A DNA stretch of 32,000 nt. Source: Cereibacter sphaeroides 2.4.1 (GTDB taxonomy: Bacteria; Pseudomonadota; Alphaproteobacteria; Rhodobacterales; Rhodobacteraceae). Shown here one piece after another: positions 1 to 8,907 of the stretch. Every line of letters starts with the position of its first letter. Positions within the stretch are counted from its first letter, which is position 1. The DNA lies in the NCBI RefSeq assembly GCF_000012905.2, contig NC_007493.2, positions 2,820,001 through 2,852,000 of the forward strand, written 5' to 3'. A program made the translations under genes and the position numbers. Under the pieces are notes generated by a model, which had not been told where the DNA came from, made no database searches, and saw only the letters and a list, made by a program, of their open reading frames with translations.

Positions 1-1125
1 GAAGGCGACACGGTGGCCCGGCTGGAAGGCGGCGGCCTTGCCGTGGCCCTGCATCCGGTGCGCCGGCTCGACCTTCAGTCGGTGGTGCTGCTGGCGGGCC
101 GTCTGCAAACCGCGATCGCGGCTCCGATCAGCGTGGAGGGCACGCGGATCCATGTGACCTGCTCGATCGGCTTCTGCCTGGCGGAGCGCACGCCCGCGCC
201 CACCGGGCGTGCGCTGCTCGATGCGGCGCAGATGGCGGCAGACGAGGCCAGCCGGAACGGCCCCGGCGCCGTGCGCGCCTATGCCCTCGGCATGAGCCGC
301 AACCGCGCCGACCGGGACGCCGACCGGGGGCTTCTGGAGACCGCCCTCGACACCGGCCAGTTCACGGGCTGGTTCCAGCCGCAGATCCGCACCGAGGACG
401 GTGCCATAGGCGGGTTCGAGGTCCTCTCGCGCTGGCAGCATCCCGAGCGCGGACTGCTCCTCCCGCAGGATTTTCTGCCCGCCATCGAGCGGGCGGGCCT
501 CTCCGAACGGCTGGGCGAGGTCATGCTCTTTCAGGCGCTCACCGCCCTGCGCCACTGGGACCGTGCCGGTCTCTGCGTCCCCTGCGTCGCGGTGAACTTC
601 TCGGCCACCGATCTGCGCAACCCGCGCCTCGTCGACCGGCTGAAGTGGGAGCTCGACCGATTCGAGCTGACGCCCGCGCGCCTCTCGGTCGAGATCCTCG
701 AGACGGTGGTCGCCGAGGGCGCGAGCGATGTCGTCGTTCACAACATCGCGGGCCTCTCCGCCTGCGGCTTCGGGGTCGATCTCGACGACTTCGGCACCGG
801 CCACGCCTCGATCACCACGATCCGCCGCTTCGCCCTCCGGCGGCTGAAGATCGACCGCAGCTTCGTGACACGGGCCGATTCCGACGCGGCCCAGCGGACG
901 ATGCTGGCCGCGATCATTTCCATGGCGCGACAACTCGGGCTCGAGACACTGGCTGAAGGCGTGGAAACGCCGGGAGAACTGGCCACGCTCACCGCCCTCG
1001 GCTGCGGCTACCTGCAGGGCTATGCCATCGCCCGCCCGATGCCGCTTTCGGACGCCACCGCCTGGCTCGAGAACCGGCGGGTGCGCCTGCCCCTTGCCGC
1101 CCGGTGCGCAACGCCCGGTTCCTGA
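1..1125 (+). CDS. C-terminal part of a GGDEF-EAL signalling protein (5' end outside the window): degenerate GGDEF domain plus intact EAL c-di-GMP phosphodiesterase domain
   Basis: Frame 1 is open from nt 1 (EGDT precedes the GTG at 13). The GGDEF position reads ARLEGGGLAVAL (EGGGL instead of GG[D/E]EF). EAL-domain signatures are all present: FEVLSRW, VAVNFS, SVEILET, DLDDFGTGHAS, LKIDRSF, LAEGVET, YLQGY. Stop at 1123-1125. Confidence 0.9.
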   Translation, partial: EGDTVARLEGGGLAVALHPVRRLDLQSVVLLAGRLQTAIAAPISVEGTRIHVTCSIGFCLAERTPAPTGRALLDAAQMAADEASRNGPGAVRAYALGMSRNRADRDADRGLLETALDTGQFTGWFQPQIRTEDGAIGGFEVLSRWQHPERGLLLPQDFLPAIERAGLSERLGEVMLFQALTALRHWDRAGLCVPCVAVNFSATDLRNPRLVDRLKWELDRFELTPARLSVEILETVVAEGASDVVVHNIAGLSACGFGVDLDDFGTGHASITTIRRFALRRLKIDRSFVTRADSDAAQRTMLAAIISMARQLGLETLAEGVETPGELATLTALGCGYLQGYAIARPMPLSDATAWLENRRVRLPLAARCATPGS

Positions 1126-1234
1126 CCCCCGGGCGGCACGGCGACCCCCGGTCGCTCACGGGGAAAAGCGCTTGACCTTTGCCCCCCCCTTCTGTTGAAC
1201 GGCCGCACCCCTGAACAGGAACCGCGTGTCTTTC

Positions 1235-3106
1235 ATGGACGATCAGAACAAGAACCTCATCCTGGCGACCGGACTCAGCTTCCTCGTGATCATGGTCTGG
1301 TTCTTCCTGTTCCCGCCCCCGGAGGCGGTGACGGAAGGCGAGCCCACGGTCGCGACGCAGCAAACCGCCGTGGCCCCCTCGGCCACCCCGGATGCTCCGA
1401 CGACCGCCGTGCCGCCGGACGCGGATCTGCCCGAGACCCAGCGTGTCGTCATCGACACGCCGCGGCTGCAGGGGTCGATCTCCATGCTGGGCGGGCGGCT
1501 CGACGACCTGTCGCTCAAGTCCTACCACGAGACGCTCGATCCGCAGTCGCAGATCGTCCGCCTGCTCTCGCCGGTGGGCCAGCCCAACGCCTATTACGCC
1601 CTTTACGGCTGGACCCCCGCCGGGGCGCTCGGCTACGAGGACGTGCCCGGCGCCAACACGACCTGGACCCAGGTCGGCAGCGGCGCGCTCGGCGTGGACC
1701 AGCCGGTGACGCTGCAGTGGGACAATGGCAAGGGTCTCGTCTTCACGCGGACGATCTCGGTCGATGACCATTACATGTTCAGCGTGGCGCAGACGGTCGA
1801 GAACAATTCCGGCCAGGCCGTCCAGCTCGCGCCGTACGGCATCGTCGCCCGCCATGGCAAGCCCCTGAACCTGCAGAATTTCTTCGTTCTTCACGAGGGT
1901 GTCGTCGGCCGCGCCGACGGCAAGCTCACCGAGACGAAATACGACAAGGTGGCCGAGCTGCCGCAGGTCGCGCGCGAAGGCGCGCAGGCCGAGGTGATCG
2001 ACGCGCAGCAGGACGGCTGGATCGGCTTCACCGACAAATACTGGATGACGACGCTGATCCCGCAGCAGGGCCAGCCCTTCACCAGCGTCACGAAATACGT
2101 CCCCGGCGCCGACATCTATCAGGCCGAGACGCGCGAACAGCTCGTCACCGTCGCGCCCGGCGCCACGGCCGAAGTGAGCTCGCGCCTCTTCGCCGGCGCG
2201 AAGGAATGGGAGACGATCCGCGCCTACCAGAACGAGGGCGCGACTGAGCCCACCGAGGGAGCCGAGCCGATCCCGGGCTTCATCGACTCGATCGACTGGG
2301 GCTGGTTCTTCTTCCTGACCAAGCCGATCTTCACGGTGCTGCACTGGCTCAACCACATGATCGGCAACATGGGTCTTGCCATCATCGCGCTGACCTTCCT
2401 GCTCAAGGCGCTGGTGCTGCCGCTGGCCTACAAGTCCTACGTCTCGATGGCCCGCATGAAGGAACTGCAGCCCGAGCTCGAGGCGCTGCGCGAGCGCGCC
2501 GGCGACGACAAGATGCTCATGCAGCGCGAGATGATGCGGCTCTACAAGGAGAAGCAGGTGAACCCGGCCGCGGGCTGCCTGCCGATCCTGATCCAGATCC
2601 CGATCTTCTTCTCGCTCTACAAGGTGATCTTCGTCACGATCGAGCTGCGCCATGCCCCCTTCTTCGGCTGGCTGAAGGACCTGTCGGCGCCCGATCCGTC
2701 CTCGATCTTCAACTTCTTCGGCCTCGCCCCCTGGGCCGCGCCGACGCCCGGCACGACGATGGCGCTGATCTTCATCGGGGCCCTGCCGATCCTGCTCGGC
2801 GTCTCGATGTGGCTGCAGCAGAAGCTGAACCCGGCACCCGGGGACAAGGCGCAGGCGATGATCTTCGCCTGGATGCCCTGGGTCTTCATGTTCATGCTCG
2901 GCCACTTCGCCTCGGGCCTGGTGCTCTACTGGATCGTGAACAACCTCATCACCTTCACCCAGCAGTATGTCATCATGCGCAGCCACGGCCATCACCCGGA
3001 CATCTTCGGCAACATCAAGGCCAGCTTCAGCCGCAAGCCCGCGGCGCAGCCCGCCGGCAAGGCCGCGAACGACGGTGCGGCGCCGGCGAAGAAGCGGAAA
3101 CCATGA
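1235..3106 (+). CDS. yidC: Membrane protein insertase YidC
   Basis: Track ORF 1226..3106. ATG 1235 gives MDDQNKNLILATGLSFLVIMVWF (typical YidC N-terminus/TM1), followed by a long periplasmic domain, an Oxa1-like core (LPILIQIPIFFSLYKV, YWIVNNLITFTQQY) and a basic tail. GTG 1226 is an alternative start. Confidence 0.95.
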   Translation: MDDQNKNLILATGLSFLVIMVWFFLFPPPEAVTEGEPTVATQQTAVAPSATPDAPTTAVPPDADLPETQRVVIDTPRLQGSISMLGGRLDDLSLKSYHETLDPQSQIVRLLSPVGQPNAYYALYGWTPAGALGYEDVPGANTTWTQVGSGALGVDQPVTLQWDNGKGLVFTRTISVDDHYMFSVAQTVENNSGQAVQLAPYGIVARHGKPLNLQNFFVLHEGVVGRADGKLTETKYDKVAELPQVAREGAQAEVIDAQQDGWIGFTDKYWMTTLIPQQGQPFTSVTKYVPGADIYQAETREQLVTVAPGATAEVSSRLFAGAKEWETIRAYQNEGATEPTEGAEPIPGFIDSIDWGWFFFLTKPIFTVLHWLNHMIGNMGLAIIALTFLLKALVLPLAYKSYVSMARMKELQPELEALRERAGDDKMLMQREMMRLYKEKQVNPAAGCLPILIQIPIFFSLYKVIFVTIELRHAPFFGWLKDLSAPDPSSIFNFFGLAPWAAPTPGTTMALIFIGALPILLGVSMWLQQKLNPAPGDKAQAMIFAWMPWVFMFMLGHFASGLVLYWIVNNLITFTQQYVIMRSHGHHPDIFGNIKASFSRKPAAQPAGKAANDGAAPAKKRKP

Positions 3107-3846
3107 CGGCGCGGCTCCGCCACATCTGCCGTCACCCGATCAAGGCCCACGGACGCGAGGAACTCGCGTCCGTTCTGCTTTCGCCGGGGGCCTGCCTGCC
3201 GTGGGACCGCCACTGGGCCGTCGCGCACGAGGGCGCGCGCCTCGACGGCGGCTGGGCGCCCTGCCAGAATTTCACCCGCGGTGCGAAGGCGCCGGGGCTG
3301 ATGGCGATCACGGCCGCGCTCGACGAGACCACCGCCTGCGTCCGGCTTTCGCATCCGGACCTGCCCCCCCTCGCCTTCCGCCCCGACGATCCGGCCGAGA
3401 CGGCGCGGTTCCTCGACTGGGTGGCGCCGCTCATGCCCGAGGGCCGCGCGCGGCCCGCCCGCATCGTCTCGGCCGGTCGCGGCATGACCGACAGCGCCTT
3501 CCCCTCGGTCTCGATCCTCTCGCTCTCGAGCCTGACCGACCTCTCCGTCCGAATGGGCCGGTCGCTCTCGATCCACCGCTGGCGCGGAAACCTCTGGGTC
3601 GAGGGCTGGGAGCCCTGGGCCGAGTTCGACCTGATCGGGCGCGAGATCCGCGTGGGCCCCACCCTTCTGCGCGTCGAGGAGCGGATCACCCGCTGCCGCG
3701 CCACCATGGCCGATCCCGGGACCGGCGTGGTCGATGCCGACACGCTCGGCGCGCTCGAGACCCACTATGGCCACCGCGACTTCGGCATCTATGCGACCGT
3801 CCTCGAGGGCGGCCCCCTGACCATCGGCGACGAGGTGAGATCGTGA
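3103..3846 (+). CDS. MOSC domain-containing protein
   Basis: Lies inside track ORF 2809..3846. ATG 3103 overlaps the yidC stop (ATGA, 3103-3106). MTARLRHICRHPIKAHGREEL..., HRWRGNLWVEG, RVEERITRCRAT (conserved MOSC Cys). Confidence 0.85.
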   Translation: MTARLRHICRHPIKAHGREELASVLLSPGACLPWDRHWAVAHEGARLDGGWAPCQNFTRGAKAPGLMAITAALDETTACVRLSHPDLPPLAFRPDDPAETARFLDWVAPLMPEGRARPARIVSAGRGMTDSAFPSVSILSLSSLTDLSVRMGRSLSIHRWRGNLWVEGWEPWAEFDLIGREIRVGPTLLRVEERITRCRATMADPGTGVVDADTLGALETHYGHRDFGIYATVLEGGPLTIGDEVRS

Positions 3847-4496
3847 CATCCCTGCCCTTCCCCCTCTCCCCCGAGCCCGACGAGGCGAGCCGCGAGGCCG
3901 GCCGGCTTCTCTTCGCCGGACCCTGCGACTTCGTGAAGGGCGTGACCACGATGGAGGCGCTGCCGCCGGCCGACCGGATCGAGGTCTGTTTCGCCGGTCG
4001 CTCGAACGTGGGCAAGTCGAGCCTCATCAACGCGCTGACCGGCCGCAAGGCTCTGGCGCGGGCCTCGAACACGCCGGGCCGGACGCAGGAGATCAACTAT
4101 TTCGCGCTCGGCCCCAGCCGCTATCTCGTCGACCTGCCGGGATACGGCTATGCCGAGGCGCCGAAGCCCATCGTCCAACGCTGGCAACGGCTGCTCAAGG
4201 GCTATCTCGCCGGCCGCCAGACGCTGCGGCGGGCCTTCGTGCTGATCGACACCCGGCACGGGGTGAAATCGGTGGACGAGGAGATCCTGACCCTGCTCGA
4301 CCGCTCGGCCGTGACCTTTCAGGTGGTGATGACCAAGGCCGACAAGGTGAGCCAGGCCGAGCGCGAGGCGGTGCTGGATCAGGTGCGGGGCGCCCTCAAG
4401 AAGCACCCGGCCGCCTACCCCGAGCTTGTGATGACGAGCTCGGAGAAGGGGATGGGGATCGAGACCCTGCGGACGATCGTGGCCACGCTCGGCTGA
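3843..4496 (+). CDS. engB: Ribosome-biogenesis GTPase EngB/YihA
   Basis: Lies inside track ORF 2967..4496. GTG 3843 overlaps the MOSC stop (GTGA). G1 GRSNVGKSSLINAL, G3 DLPGYG, G4 TKADK. Confidence 0.9.
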   Translation: MTSLPFPLSPEPDEASREAGRLLFAGPCDFVKGVTTMEALPPADRIEVCFAGRSNVGKSSLINALTGRKALARASNTPGRTQEINYFALGPSRYLVDLPGYGYAEAPKPIVQRWQRLLKGYLAGRQTLRRAFVLIDTRHGVKSVDEEILTLLDRSAVTFQVVMTKADKVSQAEREAVLDQVRGALKKHPAAYPELVMTSSEKGMGIETLRTIVATLG

Positions 4497-4499
4497 CGC

Positions 4500-5240
4500 T
4501 CAGACGTGCTGGGCGCCGTTGACCTCGATCTCGGCGCCCGAGATGTAGCTCGACTGGTCGGAGCGGAGGAACCAGATCGCATCCGCGACCTCGCTCGGCT
4601 GACCCAGCCGCTGCAGCGGCAGCTTCTCGACGATCTTGTCGGTGCCGGGCGAGAGGATCGCGGTCTCGACCTCGCCGGGCGCAAGCGCATTCACCCGCAC
4701 GCCGAGCGGCCCGAAATCGTGCGCCATCTCGCGCGTGAGCGCCGCCAGCGCCGCCTTCGAGGTGGCATAGGCCGCGCCCGCGAACGGATGCACCCGGCTG
4801 CCCGCGATCGAGGTCACGTTGACGATCGAGCCCTTGCCGGCTGTCAACTCTTCCTGCAGGCCGCGGGCCAGCACGACACAGGCGAAGAAATTGACGTGGA
4901 ACACCTGTCCCCAGGTGCGCAGGTCGGTGGTGATCGTGCTCAGCCGCTCGCCCTTCGGCCCCTTCGGCGAGACGCCCGCATTGTTGACCAGCGCATGGAG
5001 CCGGCCGTCGATCTTGTCCTTGATCGCCTCGATGGCCCGGATGGTCATGTCGGGATTGGCGAGATCGACCTGGATATGGTTCTCCTCGCCGCCGGGCCAG
5101 GGGCAGCGCGGATCGAACGGCTGACGCGAGCAGGTCAGCACCCGCCAGCCCTCGCGCGAGAATCTCTTGACCGTTGCGTGGCCGATGCCGCGGCTGGCGC
5201 CGGTCAGCACCATCGTCTTCTGTTCGCCCATGATCGCCAT
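4500..5240 (-). CDS. Short-chain dehydrogenase/reductase (SDR)
   Basis: Track ORF 4500..5282. Likely start is ATG 5240 (MAIMGEQK) or ATG 5231 (MGEQK, with a GGGGA SD-like motif about 9 nt upstream). TGASRGIG dinucleotide motif, NNAG, catalytic YATSK. Its stop lies 3 nt from the convergent engB stop. Confidence 0.9.
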   Translation of the reverse strand: MAIMGEQKTMVLTGASRGIGHATVKRFSREGWRVLTCSRQPFDPRCPWPGGEENHIQVDLANPDMTIRAIEAIKDKIDGRLHALVNNAGVSPKGPKGERLSTITTDLRTWGQVFHVNFFACVVLARGLQEELTAGKGSIVNVTSIAGSRVHPFAGAAYATSKAALAALTREMAHDFGPLGVRVNALAPGEVETAILSPGTDKIVEKLPLQRLGQPSEVADAIWFLRSDQSSYISGAEIEVNGAQHV

Positions 5241-5363
5241 TCCCCTTTTCGGCGAAGCTACGCGAGCGGGGCGCATTTGCAAGGCACCGCCGCTTGGCAG
5301 GCCCCCGCAAAGGCGCTACCAGAGGCGCGACCCCGACAACCGCCCGCAGATGAGGCCGCCGCC

Positions 5364-6245
5364 ATGACGCGAGATCCGATCGCCACCGCCCGCACCCTGT
5401 CGGAGGCCCTACCCTATCTTCAGCGCTACGCGGGCGCCGTGGTGGTGGTCAAATTCGGCGGCAACGCCATGGGCGACGAGGCCGCGATGGCCGAATTCGC
5501 GCGCGACATCGTGCTGATGCGGCAGGTGGGGGTGAACCCGGTCGTGGTGCACGGCGGCGGGCCCATGATCAACGAGCTTCTGGGCAAGCTCGGCATCAAG
5601 TCGGAATTCGTGCGCGGCAAGCGCGTGACCGACAAGGCCACGGTCGAGGTGGTCGAGATGGTGCTCTCGGGCCTCGTGAACAAGCGGATCGTGCAGGCGA
5701 TCAACGATCAGGGTGGCCGCGCGGTGGGCATCTCGGGCAAGGACGACGACCTGATGGTCTGCGTGGCCGACGACCCGGATCTCGGCTTCGTGGGCAAGCC
5801 TGTCGAGATGAACGTGCAGGTGCTGCGCGATCTCTACAATGCGGGGATCATCCCGGTCGTCGCCCCGGTCGCGACCGGCATGGCCGACAACGAGACCTTC
5901 AACGTGAACGGCGACACGGCGGCGGGCGCCATCGCCGGCGCGCTTCAGGCCGACCGCCTGCTCCTTTTGACCGATGTGGCCGGCGTGAAGGATGCCAGCG
6001 GCGAGGTGCTGAGCCAGCTCACCCCGAGCCAGGTGCGCGAGATGGTGGCCTCCGGCACGATCTCGGGCGGCATGATCCCCAAGACCGAGACGGCGCTCGC
6101 CGCCCTCGACGAGGGCGTGCGCGCGGTGGTGATCCTCGACGGCCGCACCCCCAACGCCTGCCTGATCGAGATCTTCACCGACGAGGGCGCGGGCACCATC
6201 ATCCGCTCGACCGAGCCCCGGGTGAAGCCGCGCGTGCGGCGCTGA
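5364..6245 (+). CDS. argB: Acetylglutamate kinase
   Basis: Lies inside track ORF 4506..6245. ATG 5364 gives [36 protein letters not shown]; [12 protein letters not shown]; amino-acid kinase fold throughout. Confidence 0.95.
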   Translation: MTRDPIATARTLSEALPYLQRYAGAVVVVKFGGNAMGDEAAMAEFARDIVLMRQVGVNPVVVHGGGPMINELLGKLGIKSEFVRGKRVTDKATVEVVEMVLSGLVNKRIVQAINDQGGRAVGISGKDDDLMVCVADDPDLGFVGKPVEMNVQVLRDLYNAGIIPVVAPVATGMADNETFNVNGDTAAGAIAGALQADRLLLLTDVAGVKDASGEVLSQLTPSQVREMVASGTISGGMIPKTETALAALDEGVRAVVILDGRTPNACLIEIFTDEGAGTIIRSTEPRVKPRVRR

Positions 6246-6889
6246 TGCTCGAGCGGATCGAGGCGCGGGCGGCGGCCGAGCGGCTCACGATCCTCGGGGG
6301 CTTTGCGACCGAGCCCGGCGACGGGCTGCCCGAGGGGACGCAGAGCCTCCTCCTCCTCGGTCCGCGCGAGCCGGGATTCTGGCCGCACCTCACCGCCCAG
6401 CCCGAATGGCAGGACGGCCGCCCGGACCCGGTCGACCGCTGGTCCGAGCGCGTGATCGCGCGCCTCGCCCACGAGATCGGCGCCTTTCCGGTCTTTCCCT
6501 TCGGCGGCCCGCCCTGGTGGCCCTTCTACGGCTGGGCCCTGCGCACGGGCCGCGCCTTCGCCTCGCCGGTGCGGCTGATCGTCCATGACGAGGCCGGGCT
6601 CTTCTTCTCCTGCCGCGGGGCGCTCGCGCTGCGCGAACGGCTGGAGCCCGCCCGAGGGGTCTCGCCCTGCACCGACTGCGCCAACCGGCCTTGCCTCACG
6701 GCCTGCCCCGCGGGGGCGCTCGGCGCCGGGGGCTATGACGTGCCGGCCTGCCATGCCTTCCTCGAAAGCCCTGCGGGCACCTCCTGCCTCGACCGCGGCT
6801 GCGCGGTTCGCCGCGCTTGCCCCCGCTCGCAGGGCCATGCAAGGATGGAGATCCAATCCGCCTACCACATGAGGCAGTTCCACCGATGA
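6245..6889 (+). CDS. Cys-rich 4Fe-4S ferredoxin-type domain protein, function unknown
   Basis: Track ORF 6245..6889. The start ATG shares one base with the argB stop (TGATG). C-terminal CTDCANRPCLTACP (C-x2-C-x4-C-x3-CP) plus CHAF...CLDRGCAVRRACP. The N-terminal ~130 aa carry no motif I can name. Confidence 0.75.
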   Translation: MLERIEARAAAERLTILGGFATEPGDGLPEGTQSLLLLGPREPGFWPHLTAQPEWQDGRPDPVDRWSERVIARLAHEIGAFPVFPFGGPPWWPFYGWALRTGRAFASPVRLIVHDEAGLFFSCRGALALRERLEPARGVSPCTDCANRPCLTACPAGALGAGGYDVPACHAFLESPAGTSCLDRGCAVRRACPRSQGHARMEIQSAYHMRQFHR

Positions 6890-7392
6890 CCAAGCGCCTG
6901 ATCCTGATCCGCCATGCGAAGTCGGCCTGGGACGATCCCCTGCTCCCGGACCACGACCGTCCGCTCAATCCCCGCGGCGAGGGTGCCGCGCGCGACCTCG
7001 GCCAGTGGCTCGCCTCGCGCGGCTATGTGCCGGGCGAAGTGCTCTGCTCCGACGCGCTGCGCACCCGGGCGACCTGGGAGGGCATCGCTCCCTTCCTCTC
7101 CGACGCGCCGGAGCCCACGCTGAAGCCCGCGCTCTACCATGCCGGCGCCGACGTGATGCTGGCCGTCCTGCGTCATGCCACCGCCGACACGGTCTGCCTG
7201 CTCGGCCACAATCCGGGCATCGCCGAATTCGCCCATCGGCTGGTCAAGCACCCGCCGCTCAGCCCCGAGTTCCAGAAATATCCGACCGGCGCGACGCTGG
7301 TCGCCGATTTCGGCGAGATCGACTGGGCGGATGCGGGCTACGGCATGGCCGAGCCGGCAGACTTCATCGTGCCGCGCGAACTGGTGAGCTGA
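6886..7392 (+). CDS. Histidine phosphatase superfamily protein (SixA-like)
   Basis: Lies inside track ORF 6817..7392. ATG 6886 overlaps the upstream stop (ATGA). LILIRHAKSAW (RHx catalytic motif), RPLNPRGEGAA, second His in CLLGHNPG. Confidence 0.85.
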   Translation: MTKRLILIRHAKSAWDDPLLPDHDRPLNPRGEGAARDLGQWLASRGYVPGEVLCSDALRTRATWEGIAPFLSDAPEPTLKPALYHAGADVMLAVLRHATADTVCLLGHNPGIAEFAHRLVKHPPLSPEFQKYPTGATLVADFGEIDWADAGYGMAEPADFIVPRELVS

Positions 7393-7436
7393 GCCGCGGC
7401 CGCCCCTTTCATTCTGGCAGAAATATCCTCGGGGGA

Positions 7437-7473
7437 GCCGCCCCGCCGGGGCGGCCGGGGGCAGACAGCCCCC
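7437..7473. terminator. Two adjacent GC-rich hairpins between convergent genes (putative bidirectional terminator, no U-tract)
   Basis: GCCGCCCC-GCC-GGGGCGGC (7437-7455) and GGGGGC-AGACA-GCCCCC (7457-7473). An extra GCCGCCCC copy at 7399-7406 can pair alternatively with 7448-7457. Confidence 0.45.
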
Positions 7474-7475
7474 GT

Positions 7476-7916
7476 CTACCAGCGCCCGAGCGCGGCCTCG
7501 TCCGCTTCCTTGGCCGCCACCCAGTCGGCGCCCCCGGCGGTGACTTCCTTCTTCCAGAAGGGCGCCCGCGACTTCAGATAATCCATCAGGAACTCGGCTG
7601 CGGCGAAGGCCTCGGCCCGGTGCGCCGCAGCGGTCGCGACCATCATGATGGGCTCCGAGGGCCCGAGCCGGCCGTGCCGGTGGATCACCAGCGCATCGAT
7701 CAGGTGCCAGCGCTGCCGGGCCTCCTCGGCGATGGCGGCGATGGCGCGTTCGGTCATGCCCGGATAATGCTCGATCTCCATGGCCTCGAGCGCGCCCGAC
7801 AGGTCGCGCACGAGCCCGGTGAAGGTCACGATGGCCCCCGCCCCTGCAGCGCCGTCCGCGAAGGTCTGCGCCTCGGCGCCGAACTCGAAGGGCTCGGCCT
7901 GAACCAGAACGCGCAT
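7476..7916 (-). CDS. moaE: Molybdopterin synthase catalytic subunit MoaE
   Basis: Track ORF, 146 aa. MRVLVQAEPFEF..., IVTFTGLVRD, HRHGRLGPSEPIMMVA, APFWKKE: typical MoaE. Confidence 0.92.
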   Translation of the reverse strand: MRVLVQAEPFEFGAEAQTFADGAAGAGAIVTFTGLVRDLSGALEAMEIEHYPGMTERAIAAIAEEARQRWHLIDALVIHRHGRLGPSEPIMMVATAAAHRAEAFAAAEFLMDYLKSRAPFWKKEVTAGGADWVAAKEADEAALGRW

Positions 7917-7917
7917 C

Positions 7918-8166
7918 TCAGCCCCCGGTCATCGGCGGGAAGAAGGCCACCTCGCGCACGCCCTCGAGCGGCGCGTCGAACTCGGCCAGCTCCTGATCGA
8001 GAGCGACCCTGAGGCTCGAGAGATCGGCAAAGGCCAGATCATAGCGCTCCTCGCGCGCGCGGAGCTCCTCGACCAGCTCCGCCACGGTGGCGGCCTCGGT
8101 CTCCAGCCGCTCGCGCGGCAGCCCGATCCGCTCGCGGACCCAGGCGAAATAAAGCAGATCGATCAT
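7918..8166 (-). CDS. moaD: Molybdopterin synthase sulfur-carrier subunit MoaD
   Basis: 82 aa with a ubiquitin-like ThiS/MoaD profile, ending in the diagnostic C-terminal Gly-Gly (PPMTGG). 1-nt gap to moaE. Confidence 0.9.
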   Translation of the reverse strand: MIDLLYFAWVRERIGLPRERLETEAATVAELVEELRAREERYDLAFADLSSLRVALDQELAEFDAPLEGVREVAFFPPMTGG

Positions 8167-8828
8167 TTCTCGTCCTTGAGGTAGGGAAGCGCCTTCCTGA
8201 AATAGTCCCAGCCGGTGATGAAGGTAAGGGCCGCCGCGATCCAGATCAGCGCAAGCCCCAGCCAGGTTGCATAGGACGAGCAGCCGTGCATCCCGCAGCT
8301 ACGGATCGGATCGGCCTCGCCGGCGCTGACCGCCCGGGCATATTGCTCCCAGGTCATGCCCTGCCGTGCGATCCCTTCGAGATGCTCGAGCCCGGTGCCG
8401 AGGAACAGGATGGCGATCGCCACCATCTGCGCCGTCGTCTTCCACTTGGCGAGCTTGGTGACTTTCAGGAGGCTGGCCTTCGCGCCGAGGAATTCGCGCA
8501 GGCCAGAGACGAAGACCTCGCGGAAGAGAATCAGCGTCACCGGCAGGATCAGCCAGGGGTTCATGCCGGAATAGCCGGTGATGATGACCAGCGCGATCAC
8601 CACCATCGCCTTGTCGGCGATGGGATCGAGCATGGCGCCGAACTTCGATTCCTGCTTCCACAGCCGGGCGAGATAGCCGTCGAAGAAGTCCGTCACCGCC
8701 GCCAGGATGAAGAGCGTGAGCGCGAACCAGTCGGCCCAGGGCCTATGGAAATAGAGGAACATCACCGCCACGCCGGGCGCGGCCAGCAGGCGCAGAACGG
8801 TGAGAATATTCGGGATCGACCAGTTCAT
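8163..8828 (-). CDS. pgsA: CDP-diacylglycerol--glycerol-3-phosphate 3-phosphatidyltransferase
   Basis: NIPNILTVLRLL plus the CDP-alcohol phosphatidyltransferase motif DFFDGYLARLWKQESKFGAMLDPIADK. Multiple TM segments. Its stop overlaps the moaD start (ATGA). Confidence 0.92.
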   Translation of the reverse strand: MNWSIPNILTVLRLLAAPGVAVMFLYFHRPWADWFALTLFILAAVTDFFDGYLARLWKQESKFGAMLDPIADKAMVVIALVIITGYSGMNPWLILPVTLILFREVFVSGLREFLGAKASLLKVTKLAKWKTTAQMVAIAILFLGTGLEHLEGIARQGMTWEQYARAVSAGEADPIRSCGMHGCSSYATWLGLALIWIAAALTFITGWDYFRKALPYLKDEK

Positions 8829-8907
8829 GCCGCAGGTCTAGCCATTCGCCGCCGCGGGGGGAAGAGGGTTGGAGAGCGGCGCCCCGCCTCAGGGGCCCGA
8901 ACCGGCC

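Noticed and set aside
989-2995. 668-aa minus-strand ORF antisense to yidC
   Set aside because: Its composition is dominated by Arg/Gly/Asp/His/Glu runs with no recognisable domain. It is fully antisense to an unmistakable yidC. Long stop-free antisense frames of this kind are the expected artefact in roughly 68% GC DNA.
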